Assembly: GCF_017876815.1 (NCBI RefSeq) | Contig: NZ_JAGIOS010000001.1 | Location: 540,001 to 572,000 of the forward strand | Source: Sinorhizobium meliloti | GTDB taxonomy: Bacteria; Pseudomonadota; Alphaproteobacteria; Rhizobiales; Rhizobiaceae | Length of the DNA stretch: 32,000 bases | Direction: 5' to 3' | Shown here: one piece after another, positions 1 to 7,928 of the stretch | How the letters are laid out: the number at the start of each line of letters is the position of its first letter | How positions within the stretch are numbered: position 1 is the stretch's first letter | Notes under the pieces: model-generated | Told to the model about the DNA's origin: nothing | What the model saw: only the letters and a program-made list of their open reading frames with translations | The model's database searches: none | Program-made: the position numbers and the translations under genes

Positions 1-2
1 CG

Positions 3-1067
3 GTCAACCTCAAGCAATTGGCGGAACTGCTCGGCCTGTCCCAGACCACGGTCAGCCGGGCGCTGAACGGCTATCCGGAGGTCAATGCGGAAACGCGGGC
101 ACGGGTGCTGGAGGCGGTGCGCGAGACGGGATACAGGCCCAACCGTGCCGCACAGCGCCTCGCGACCGGGAAAGCCTATTCGATCGGGCTCGTCATGCCG
201 ATCGCAGCCGGAATCGATTCGGACATCCATTTCGGTGAATTCCTGGCGGGGCTGGCGGAAGAAGCGGTGGAGCACGATTTCCACTTCGTGTTGAACCCCA
301 GTGCGCCCGAAGACGAGGAGGCGACATTCCGCCGGCTTGCAGCGAGCGGCAATGTCGACGCTGTCTTCATCGCCTATATGCGCGCCAACGATCCCCGCAT
401 CGAGATGCTGAAGGCACTTTCCATTCCCTTCGTGGTGCATGGCCGCTCCATCGGCGGTCCCCGGGACTATCCGTTCCTCGACGTGGACAATACCGGCGCC
501 TTCTACGACGCCGCCAGGCTTCTCATCCAGCTCGGCCACAACCGCATCGCCCTGATCAACGGGCCGGAACACCTCACCTTCTCCATCCGCAGGAGGAAAG
601 GGCTGGTGCGCGCGCTCGCGGAGAAGGGTCTCAACCTCGACGATGCGCTCGTCCATCACTCTGCGATGACCGACGAGCATGGCTATCGGAGCATGCAGCG
701 TTTCCTCAAACGGCCGGCCCCGCCGACCGCCGTCCTTTGTTCCAGTACAGTGCTGGCGCTCGGCGCCGTACGGGCGATCAACCAGGCCGGACTCGCCATC
801 GGCACCGACATCTCGCTCATCGCCCATGACGACGTGCTGCCGATGCTGAAACCCGAGAACTTCAGCGTACCGCTGACGACGACGCGCTCCTCGCTTCGCG
901 CGGCAGGTGCACGCATCGCCAAGCGGCTGATCGGCGGCATCCTCAATCAGGGAGACTATCCCGAGCAGGAGCTTTGGCGCGCCGAACTGATCGTGCGTGC
1001 CTCGACGGGGCCTGCACCGGACAGATCACCCCTCCCCAACCCCTCCCCACAGGTGGGAGGGGCTTAA
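3..1067 (+). CDS. LacI-family transcriptional regulator, 5' end cut by the window edge
   Basis: The frame is open to the window edge (VNLKQLAELLGLSQTTVSRALNG is a LacI-type HTH). It is followed by a periplasmic-binding-fold sugar-binding core (IGLVMP, DAVFIAY, IALINGP, VLCSS, ISLIAHDD). The last ~12 codons and the TAA stop lie inside a REP-like repeat. Confidence 0.85.
   Translation, partial: VNLKQLAELLGLSQTTVSRALNGYPEVNAETRARVLEAVRETGYRPNRAAQRLATGKAYSIGLVMPIAAGIDSDIHFGEFLAGLAEEAVEHDFHFVLNPSAPEDEEATFRRLAASGNVDAVFIAYMRANDPRIEMLKALSIPFVVHGRSIGGPRDYPFLDVDNTGAFYDAARLLIQLGHNRIALINGPEHLTFSIRRRKGLVRALAEKGLNLDDALVHHSAMTDEHGYRSMQRFLKRPAPPTAVLCSSTVLALGAVRAINQAGLAIGTDISLIAHDDVLPMLKPENFSVPLTTTRSSLRAAGARIAKRLIGGILNQGDYPEQELWRAELIVRASTGPAPDRSPLPNPSPQVGGA
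1029..1065. repeat. REP/RIME-like palindromic repeat, intact copy (CCCCTCCCCAACCCCTCCCCACAGGTGGGAGGGGCTT)
   Basis: The arm 1040-1047 pairs with 1055-1062, giving an 8-bp C/G-rich stem. A second copy in inverted orientation can be reconstructed from 1146-1164 plus 2757-2780. Confidence 0.75.
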
Positions 1068-1145
1068 CCCGCCGCATCCATCTCGCCTTTCCGGACCGTT
1101 CCAGCAGAGTGGACGGCCGAAAAGCATGTAGCGGGCGCAGCAACG

Positions 1146-1164
1146 AAGCCCCTCCCCCTTGTGG
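1146..1164. repeat. Left part of a second REP-like copy that is split by the IS and the MITE-like element
   Basis: AAGCCCCTCCCCCTTGTGG, once joined to GGAGGGGTTGGGGAGGGC at 2763-2780, is the reverse complement of the repeat at 1029-1065 with 2 mismatches. Confidence 0.7.
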
Positions 1165-2330
1165 CAGGGGAATCGCATTTAGCAAATAAGCGGTTGTTTT
1201 GTTGCGGCAAATCGATTCTTGGAGTTCTCCGCTGACTTGGAGGTCTCGATGAGTAGATTTGCCGCTTGCTTTGAAGATTTGCCCGATCCGCGCGGTCGCA
1301 ATGCGCGCCATCCGTTGACGTCGATCCTGTTCATTGCCGTTGCGGCGATTGTCTGCGGTGCGGAAAGCTGTACCGATATGGCCGATTTCGGCGTTGCCAA
1401 GAAGAAATGGCTGAAGACAATCGTGCCGCTGCCCTATGGCATTCCCAGCCATGACACCTTCTCCACCGTCTTCCGCCATCTCGATCCGGATGCCTTTGAC
1501 GCGGCCTTTCGCCGTCTCACGGCGAGCTTTGCGCAGGGTCTCGAAGGGGTGGTAGCGATCGATGGCAAGGCGGTGCGCGGTGCCTACCGGCGCGCCGCCA
1601 AGGCCACGCCACTCCACTTCGTCAATGTCTGGGCTGCCGGTCCCGGTCTGGTCATCGGCCAAAAGCTCGCGCCGGGCCGCAATGAGGTGCAAGGGGCTCT
1701 CGATGCGCTCGCGCTGCTGGCACTGGAGGGCTCTATCGTCACCGCCGATGCCCTGCATTGCCGGCCCGACACCGCCCGCGCCATCCTCGCTGCCGGCGGC
1801 GATTATGCTCTGGCACTGAAGGCCAACCAGCCCGGCCTCTTGGCCCAGGCGCTCGCCCGCATCGAGGACGCCGACCACGTCGAGAGCATCCAGATTGCAG
1901 CCGAGACTGCCCATGACCGCACCGAGACACGCCGCGCCAGCGTTGTGGCTGTCGACGATATCAACTTTCCGGGCCTGCAGGCCATCGGCTGCGTCGAGAC
2001 CACAAGCCGTCATACCAACGGCCATTTGACCAGCCATGTCCGCTACTTCCTGCTCTCCACCACCATGTCGCCGAGCGCGCTGATCGAGGTTGTAAGAACC
2101 CATTGGCAAATCGAAAACAAACTGCATTGGGTTCTGGATGTCCACTTCCGCGAGGACGCCGCCAGAAACCGCAAGGACAACGGCCCTCAGAACATTGCCT
2201 TCTTGCGCAAGATCGCTCTCAACCTCTTGCGATCTCACCCCGACAAGGCCTCCATCCGCCGGAAAATCAAAAAGGCGGGCTGGGATGACCAATTCCTCAC
2301 TTCTCTTATCGCTCATATGCGATAGCCCTG
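1165..2330 (+). mobile_element. ISAs1-family insertion sequence (1166 bp)
   Basis: It has imperfect ~26-bp terminal inverted repeats (CAGGGGAATCGCATTTAGCAAATAAG at 1165-1190, versus the reverse complement of 2305-2330, CAGGGCTATCGCATATGAGCGATAAG). It is flanked by the direct repeat CCCCTTGTGG (1155-1164 and 2331-2340) and contains a single transposase ORF. Confidence 0.85.
1249..2325 (+). CDS. ISAs1-family (H-repeat-associated type) DDE transposase
   Basis: The N-terminus FEDLPDPRGRNARHPLTSILFIAVAAIVCGAESCTDMADFG is characteristic of the DDE_Tnp_1-associated domain. The C-terminal HWQIENKLHWVLDVHFREDAARNRKDNGPQN motif is also typical. ATG at 1249 is preferred over the TTG at 1219 used in the ORF track. 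Confidence 0.9.
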   Translation: MSRFAACFEDLPDPRGRNARHPLTSILFIAVAAIVCGAESCTDMADFGVAKKKWLKTIVPLPYGIPSHDTFSTVFRHLDPDAFDAAFRRLTASFAQGLEGVVAIDGKAVRGAYRRAAKATPLHFVNVWAAGPGLVIGQKLAPGRNEVQGALDALALLALEGSIVTADALHCRPDTARAILAAGGDYALALKANQPGLLAQALARIEDADHVESIQIAAETAHDRTETRRASVVAVDDINFPGLQAIGCVETTSRHTNGHLTSHVRYFLLSTTMSPSALIEVVRTHWQIENKLHWVLDVHFREDAARNRKDNGPQNIAFLRKIALNLLRSHPDKASIRRKIKKAGWDDQFLTSLIAHMR

Positions 2331-2513
2331 CCCCTTGTGGGGAGCTACGGCATGCACATATCTCTTGTTGTCCAGCCCTTCGCGGACTTACTCCGGAGTG
2401 GCGGCATCTGTATTTCCAGCAGTGGCGAGGCTTGCGGATGGGTCCTTGGGATCAAACCCGTATGCGCTAACATTGGCATTAGCGGTCACCCGCCCCTCAT
2501 CCGCCTGCCGGCA

Positions 2514-2539
2514 CCTTCTCCCCGCAGGCGGGGAGAAGG
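2514..2539. repeat. 26-nt palindromic repeat CCTTCTCCCCGCAGGCGGGGAGAAGG
   Basis: A perfect hairpin. Its flank CTGCCGGCA matches the flank of the second copy in inverted orientation. This repeat type produces spurious PSPRRRGEG-like ORFs. Confidence 0.8.
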
Positions 2540-2607
2540 GACAAGCGGCGCCGACTGAACCCCGCATTCACCGCCCGCCCGAGGGAGCGAGCGGGGCGCG
2601 GCATATC

Positions 2608-2633
2608 CCTTCTCCCCGCCTGCGGGGAGAAGG
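2608..2633. repeat. 26-nt palindromic repeat CCTTCTCCCCGCCTGCGGGGAGAAGG (inverted partner of 2514-2539)
   Basis: The stem is the same and the loop dinucleotide is complementary. Its flank TGGCGGCAG is the near reverse complement of the flank of copy 1. Confidence 0.8.
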
Positions 2634-2756
2634 TGGCGGCAGCCGGTTGAGGGGCAAGCCCGACCGAGCGGGGTTGAGCCGGTTGGGTTCACGAGGGATC
2701 TCCTTCATGAGCAGTATCCGCCGCACCGGCGCGCAAGAGATATGTGCATGCCGTAG

Positions 2757-2780
2757 TTGTGGGGAGGGGTTGGGGAGGGC
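2757..2780. repeat. Right part of the split REP-like copy
   Basis: TTGTGGGGAGGGGTTGGGGAGGGC is the reverse complement of GCCCTCCCCAACCCCTCCCCACAA, which matches 1029-1052. Confidence 0.7.
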
Positions 2781-2801
2781 TGTCTTAGACCCAAGCGGCA
2801 G

Positions 2802-3701
2802 TCAGAACTTCGGAGGCTTGCGGCCGGCCATGCGGCAGGCGGCGATGATCGTGTTCGCCATCAGCATGGCGATCGTCATCGGCCCGACGCCCCCCGGTAC
2901 CGGCGTGATCACGCCTGCAACCTTCGCACACTCGTCGAAGGCGACATCGCCGACGAGCTTCGTCCTGCCCTCGCCGCGTTCGGGCGCCGGGACGCGGTTG
3001 ATGCCGACGTCGACCACCATGGCACCTGGCTTCACCCAGTCCGCCTTGACCATCTCGGGGCGCCCGACCGCAGCCACCAGGATGTCCGCGTTGCGGCAAA
3101 CGGCCGCCAGATCCTTGGTGCGCGAATGCGCCGTCGTGACCGTCGCATTGGCCGCGAGAAGCAGGGCGGACATCGGCTTGCCGAAGAGGTTGGAGCGGCC
3201 GATGACGACGGCGTTGAGCCCGGAAAGATCATCGCCGTAAGTCCGGCGCACGAAAACCATGGCGCCGGCCGGCGTGCAGGAGACGAGCCCGCCTTCGAGG
3301 TCGCCGGTCGCGAGCTTGCCGGCATTGACGACATGCAGTCCGTCGACGTCCTTTTCCGGAAGGATCGACTGGATGATCGGTTCCGAGCGGAGGTGTTTCG
3401 GCAAAGGCAGCTGCACAAGAATGCCGTGGATGGACGGATCCGCATTGAGCTCGGCGACCAGCGCCGCGAGTTCCTCCTGCGAGGTCTCCTCCGGCAGCGT
3501 GTGCTGGACCGACAGGAAGCCGCATTCCTTCGCCATCCTGCTCTTCGCCGACACGTAAGTGTGGCTTGCGGGATCGTCCCCGACGATGACGACCGCGAGA
3601 CCCGCGCGCACGCCCGTCTCGCTTTCCAGCGCGCCGGTGGCGGATTTCACGATTTCGATGACCGAAGCAGCAACGTCCTTGCCATCAATCACAGTCGTCA
3701 C
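2802..3701 (-). CDS. folD: Bifunctional methylenetetrahydrofolate dehydrogenase/cyclohydrolase
   Basis: Typical FolD sequence throughout: [84 protein letters not shown] at 3701 is preceded by GGGAGA and gives 299 aa. The ORF track start at 3734 adds 11 aa. Confidence 0.93.
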   Translation of the reverse strand: MTTVIDGKDVAASVIEIVKSATGALESETGVRAGLAVVIVGDDPASHTYVSAKSRMAKECGFLSVQHTLPEETSQEELAALVAELNADPSIHGILVQLPLPKHLRSEPIIQSILPEKDVDGLHVVNAGKLATGDLEGGLVSCTPAGAMVFVRRTYGDDLSGLNAVVIGRSNLFGKPMSALLLAANATVTTAHSRTKDLAAVCRNADILVAAVGRPEMVKADWVKPGAMVVDVGINRVPAPERGEGRTKLVGDVAFDECAKVAGVITPVPGGVGPMTIAMLMANTIIAACRMAGRKPPKF

Positions 3702-4020
3702 GGCGTATCTCCCGATTAGTCCCGAACGCGGCACACTCTAGATCAAGCCGCATCCGGCGATTGCCTGCATGCGCCCTATGCTGTTCCAAACGCATAATTG
3801 CAAGTGCCCGGCGCGCATGGAAGCGCCATCCGCAGTGCGACGCGGCAATTTCGTTGTACCGATGAGAGATCGCCTTGCTCCCTGGGACGCATCGACGATT
3901 CCGGCTTTTGCATTGCCGAGACCGGGCGTAAAATCCTCATTCGAAAGGCTGTTTTGGATTCAACCTCTGTTTAGGAAGATTTGCTGTACTCATTGCATCG
4001 AATCGGCGCGGGCTTTGACG

Positions 4021-5010
4021 ATGACGTCGGACGGCCAGGACAGTTTCATCCATTTTCAGACGAAGCTGGAAGATGCGTCGGATATCGAGCTCGTCGTCAT
4101 CGTGCCGACGTTCCGGCGTCCGGATCATCTTGTCAAGACGCTGAGGACCATCGTCTCGCAACGGCCCGATGTCCCCCTCGCGACCATTGTCGTCGAAAAC
4201 GACGCGGACGGGCTGGCCGGCGCGCAGGCGGCCAAAGACTTCTTCAGCGGCCATTCCTTCGATTCCTCCGTCGTCGTCGCACGCCGCCACGGATATGCCC
4301 ATGCCTGCAATGCCGGATTGACAGCCGCTCTCGAACTCTTTCCGAGAATCGGCCTCGTCGCCGTCATCTATGATGACGAGATAGCCGCTCCCGAATGGCT
4401 CGATTGTCTGATGGCGGTGCAGGAAGCCCATGACGCGGACATCGTCGGCGGTCCGCAGCTTCCCGTCTTGGGGCATCCTCAGGAACAGAAGTGGAAGCGC
4501 CACCCCGTCTTCGCACCTCCCTACCATGGGAGCGGGTCCGTACCCGTCCTTTACTCCGCAGGCAACGTCCTGATCACGCGACGGGTGCTCGACGGCATGC
4601 CGCGGCCGTTCCTGGATCCGGTGCTCAATATCGTCGGCATAGGCGACGCGGATTTCTTCGACCGGTGCAGGGCGAAAGGCTTCTCCTTCGCCTGGGCTGC
4701 GGATGCCTGGGTCGCGGAATCGGTTCCGGCTCATCACACGACGGCTTCGTGGACACGTGCCCGCAGCCTCGAGAAAGGTGCGATTTCGACGCTGATGGAG
4801 CACCAGCGCGACGCGACCTTCTCCGGACGACTGAAAACCCTCTGCAAGTCTCTATGGCTGCTGGCCTCATCGCTGCCGGTCGGAATCCGGCTCTGGACGG
4901 AGACCGGCCTTGCCGCGGCCAGCCTCCATCCTCTCCACGTCGCGATCGGCCGGCTGACCGCCAGGATAGACGCGGACGATACGCGGGACGGCAATCGCGA
5001 CAGGGACTGA
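4021..5010 (+). CDS. Family 2 glycosyltransferase (GT-A fold)
   Basis: The motifs LVVIVPTFRRPDHLVKTLRTI, VVENDADG and IYDDE are GT2-like. ATG at 4021 is chosen because homology begins ~15 aa later. The 84-aa upstream extension in the ORF track has no recognisable domain content. Confidence 0.8.
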   Translation: MTSDGQDSFIHFQTKLEDASDIELVVIVPTFRRPDHLVKTLRTIVSQRPDVPLATIVVENDADGLAGAQAAKDFFSGHSFDSSVVVARRHGYAHACNAGLTAALELFPRIGLVAVIYDDEIAAPEWLDCLMAVQEAHDADIVGGPQLPVLGHPQEQKWKRHPVFAPPYHGSGSVPVLYSAGNVLITRRVLDGMPRPFLDPVLNIVGIGDADFFDRCRAKGFSFAWAADAWVAESVPAHHTTASWTRARSLEKGAISTLMEHQRDATFSGRLKTLCKSLWLLASSLPVGIRLWTETGLAAASLHPLHVAIGRLTARIDADDTRDGNRDRD

Positions 5011-5044
5011 CGCTGTCGCCGGCAAGACGCGCTGCACTGTTTCG

Positions 5045-5611
5045 TCAGTGCGTGCTCGTCGCCTGCGCCGCGCTCTCCGGTAGCCGGTCAGAGGCCCCCT
5101 GGCCGTTCCTGTCGAGGATCGGCACAGGCTTCTGATAAGGGCGGTTCTGGCTGTTGGCGACGCGTTCCACGTCCTCTTTGGTCAGATACTCGAGCTGCTC
5201 GACCAGAACTTCGGAAATGACCTCGCTTCCGAGCTTTCTGTTGAGGCCATCCTTGACCGCAACCTTGAAGGCAGCCAGATCGAACGTAGCGGTATCGGCG
5301 ACATCGATGAACCTCGAGCCCACGAGCATGTCGTAGAGCTCGTCGGTGACGAGCTGGCGCAGAGGCGCGTGCAGCTTGGCGATACCTTCCCGCGATGCCG
5401 AGAAGGAGAGCTTCGCAAGGAAATAGCCCTGCACCGCGCCGTCCTTTATGGACGGGATCGTTATCATCTCACCGGGGACATATTCCTGCGACGCGCGCCG
5501 GTCCGCCTCCGCATCCGAAACCACCGGCGCCGAGGCATGCTGCATCGAAAAATAAACCGACCCGAGCGTGAAGGCGCAGACCCAGACTCCGGTGAGGACG
5601 AGCTTCAACAT
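5045..5611 (-). CDS. FliL-like membrane protein (second FliL paralogue; inference)
   Basis: It has an N-terminal TM helix (LVLTGVWVCAFTLGSVYF) followed by a FliL-like layout (ITIPSIKDGAVQGYFLAKLSFSA ... LRQLVTDELYDML ... VISEVLVEQLEY). Its start overlaps the upstream stop (TGATG at 5609-5613). Confidence 0.6.
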   Translation of the reverse strand: MLKLVLTGVWVCAFTLGSVYFSMQHASAPVVSDAEADRRASQEYVPGEMITIPSIKDGAVQGYFLAKLSFSASREGIAKLHAPLRQLVTDELYDMLVGSRFIDVADTATFDLAAFKVAVKDGLNRKLGSEVISEVLVEQLEYLTKEDVERVANSQNRPYQKPVPILDRNGQGASDRLPESAAQATSTH

Positions 5612-5985
5612 CAGAAATCGCTGTAGCGGAATTGCGCTTCGGTATAGATGCCGTCCGCATCCGCATCCTGGGCGGCGGTCTTGAGGAGATCGACGACGGA
5701 GCGGACCGCTTCCAGGTGCGCCGCCACCTTCTGCGCGTTGACCTGCAGCTTGCTCCTGAGATGGCGCGTCTGCGCCGCGAAGGCCGGCGAGATCTCACCG
5801 GGCCCGGCGTCGCGATGAAGCATGGTCAACTCGTAGAGGCACCGGCTCTTGTGGGCATTCGACGTCTTGAGGTCGAATTCGGGGTCCGCACCGATACGGC
5901 TGTTCTCGTTGTCGATGATCATCTCCAGTCGGCCGAGAACGTTTTGGATCCGCAGGTCGTTGGATGCCACAGCTTCCATAATCAA
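5611..5985 (-). CDS. Hypothetical helical protein of the flagellar cluster (124 aa)
   Basis: Long ORF with good codon usage on the same strand as the regulon, translationally coupled to the downstream FliL-like gene. I recognise no motif in it. Confidence 0.6.
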   Translation of the reverse strand: MIMEAVASNDLRIQNVLGRLEMIIDNENSRIGADPEFDLKTSNAHKSRCLYELTMLHRDAGPGEISPAFAAQTRHLRSKLQVNAQKVAAHLEAVRSVVDLLKTAAQDADADGIYTEAQFRYSDF

Positions 5986-6104
5986 CTCCCATATGCACTA
6001 TCGCAGGGCGCGGGCGGAACGATGCCCAGGCATTCTTTCGCCCGCTTGTTTCGATTGGTATGAATGTACTTCGCCAAGCCGCTTCGCGGTCAGAGCGACA
6101 TGCA

Positions 6105-6659
6105 TCAGGCCTGCTTCTTCTTTTCGTCGTTGGGCAGGAAGGACGAGAGCGCCTTGCGCTCATATTCCTGGACCATGCCGGCGGCGAGGTTCCGGCTGTC
6201 GCCGTCGAGCGAGGCGTTCACCCGGTCGGTCGCATCGTCGCCTACCATCTGATCGGCGATGCCGATCCCGCCGCCCTTGGCGAGCACGTCGCCGATCTGC
6301 TCGGCCATCATGCTCTTCCAGATGTCGCCGGAGGTGCCCTTGCCGAAGACGTTCTCGCTTTCGCTCGGAAGCATGGATTTCACGAAATTCTGCAGGACCA
6401 TCGCCTCGAATTTCCGATAGGTCTCCGGGATCTTCTTCGCTTCGGCCCGATTGCTGATGTCTCCGAGTCCGCTCGATCCCTCGGCGGAATTGAGCACCGA
6501 AGAAACGTGCGCCGCGAAGCCATCGCCGTTTTCCGCGAGGCTGGTCGCCTGAAAAGCGGCGCGATTGGCCTTGAGCCGCGCCTGGGCCTCCTGGACCTCA
6601 GCCGGATCGGCCGCGCGGACGACGTCCATCACCAGATCGCTGGGCGGAGAAATAGCCAT
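6105..6659 (-). CDS. Rod-binding protein (FlgJ N-terminal / CheL-like domain)
   Basis: YRKFEAMVLQNFVKSMLP matches the Rod-binding domain signature (FEAMFLQ..LKSM). ATG at 6659 is preceded by GAGAGGA. The 33-aa extension to 6758 in the ORF track was rejected. Confidence 0.75.
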   Translation of the reverse strand: MAISPPSDLVMDVVRAADPAEVQEAQARLKANRAAFQATSLAENGDGFAAHVSSVLNSAEGSSGLGDISNRAEAKKIPETYRKFEAMVLQNFVKSMLPSESENVFGKGTSGDIWKSMMAEQIGDVLAKGGGIGIADQMVGDDATDRVNASLDGDSRNLAAGMVQEYERKALSSFLPNDEKKKQA

Positions 6660-6757
6660 GTCAGATCCTCTCAAAGCCGAAGCCGGCACCTCGTTTGCCG
6701 GGCAAGGCGATGTTCGTGAAGCGGAAAGCCACCCTTGCTGGCTCCCCGGTTGAGGCA

Positions 6758-7171
6758 CTATCGCCCGTCAACCTTACCGGAAGCTGGCGCGCCGCCCGAG
6801 ACGTGCTGGTCGATCAGGTCGAGGATCGAATTGTCGGCGGCTTCGCGGTCCTCCGACAGCCTGGCGTCCTTCATGTGTTCCTCGAGCCGGTCGCCCTTGG
6901 CGCGTTCCTTCATCATGCGGGCTTCATGCACCTGCTGGATTCCGAGCAGCATCTGGTCCTTCTGCACGAGGCGCCCGAGTTGGGAGGCATAGTGACCTGA
7001 AAACACGCGATGCATCGGATGGGCCGACCCCATGGCGTCGACCACGACGTCGATCGTTCCGGCAAGTTCGGTCCGTTGGCGGGCGGTCTCGGCCACTTCG
7101 CTTTCGGCCATCCGCTCCAGGTGCCGCTGGACGGCGACCAGGCGTTTCAGCTTTTCCGACCGCGCCTTCAT
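6758..7171 (-). CDS. Hypothetical coiled-coil protein of the flagellar cluster (137 aa; FliJ/chaperone-like by composition only)
   Basis: The sequence is charged and heptad-like (KLKRLVAVQRHLERMAESEVAETARQRTEL). It lies 4 nt downstream of the fliR stop on the same strand. Confidence 0.6.
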   Translation of the reverse strand: MKARSEKLKRLVAVQRHLERMAESEVAETARQRTELAGTIDVVVDAMGSAHPMHRVFSGHYASQLGRLVQKDQMLLGIQQVHEARMMKERAKGDRLEEHMKDARLSEDREAADNSILDLIDQHVSGGAPASGKVDGR

Positions 7172-7175
7172 CGAG

Positions 7176-7928
7176 CTAGCCGCCCTGCATGACGGGCGCG
7201 AAGCCGTCGGCGAAGAGACGCAGCATCGCGGCGATGCCGAGATAGAGAAGGAACAGGCCCCCCATGATGAGGTAGGGCTGGGAAATGAAGTAGACCGGTA
7301 TCTGCGGCGCCAGCTTGTTGACCATGCCGATCGCCACGTTGAACAGCAGGCCGTAGATCACGAAGGGGCTGGCGAGCCGGAGCATGATCATGAAGGTCTG
7401 ACCGAGCGAATTGGTGAGCGTGATCAGCGTGCCCTGCGGGTCGAAGCCGGCGCCGATCGGCATCACCCGGTAGGACTGCGCGATCGCCTCGAAAATCACG
7501 TGGTGGAAATCCAGCATGAAGAGAATCATCAGCCCGGCAAAACCGATCATGCTGGTGAGCTGGTTTTCCGCCGTATCCTCCAGCACGTCCGCCGCCGGCG
7601 GCGAGCCGAACCCCATCAGCATGGTGATCGCGGTGCCGGCGAACTGCAGCCCGAGCACGTAGTAGCGCGCGACGAGCCCGATCACGGCGCCAATGGCGGT
7701 CTCGGTCGCGACGAGGTAGAGATAGTCGTGACCCTTGCCCGTCACCTGCGGATAGATGTCCGTCCACATGATCGGCAGGATGGCCATGGAGAGCGCCACC
7801 GCGATGAACAGCCGTATCTGCATGGGGACGCGCGCGGTCGAGAATCCCGGCATGATCATGACGCAGCCCCCGATCCGGCAGAAGGCCGCAAACAGCGCCA
7901 GAACCGTGCCCTCGGGGTCGGTGATCAT
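7176..7928 (-). CDS. fliR: Flagellar type III export apparatus protein FliR
   Basis: A 250-aa polytopic membrane protein with a FliR-like N-terminus ([19 protein letters not shown]). Its ATG overlaps the flhA stop (ATGA). Confidence 0.9.
   Translation of the reverse strand: MITDPEGTVLALFAAFCRIGGCVMIMPGFSTARVPMQIRLFIAVALSMAILPIMWTDIYPQVTGKGHDYLYLVATETAIGAVIGLVARYYVLGLQFAGTAITMLMGFGSPPAADVLEDTAENQLTSMIGFAGLMILFMLDFHHVIFEAIAQSYRVMPIGAGFDPQGTLITLTNSLGQTFMIMLRLASPFVIYGLLFNVAIGMVNKLAPQIPVYFISQPYLIMGGLFLLYLGIAAMLRLFADGFAPVMQGG

Larger units (their letters stand above)
2345..2756. mobile_element. MITE-like non-autonomous element (412 bp)
   Basis: Perfect 23-bp terminal inverted repeats: CTACGGCATGCACATATCTCTTG at 2345-2367 and its reverse complement at 2734-2756. 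It is flanked by the 10-bp direct repeat TTGTGGGGAG (2335-2344 and 2757-2766). It has no credible ORF, and the interior carries two inverted 26-nt palindromes. Confidence 0.65.

Noticed and set aside
943-2316. 457-aa minus-strand ORF spanning the IS and the REP region
   Set aside because: It is antisense to a well-supported ISAs1 transposase, has no recognisable motifs, and has an Arg/Gly/Ala-rich composition typical of spurious antisense frames in GC-rich DNA.
2335-3719. Plus-strand ORFs (301 aa and 320 aa) running through the repeat mosaic and across folD
   Set aside because: The first part is translated from REP and palindrome repeats (PSPRLRGEGG-type peptides). The rest is antisense to folD.
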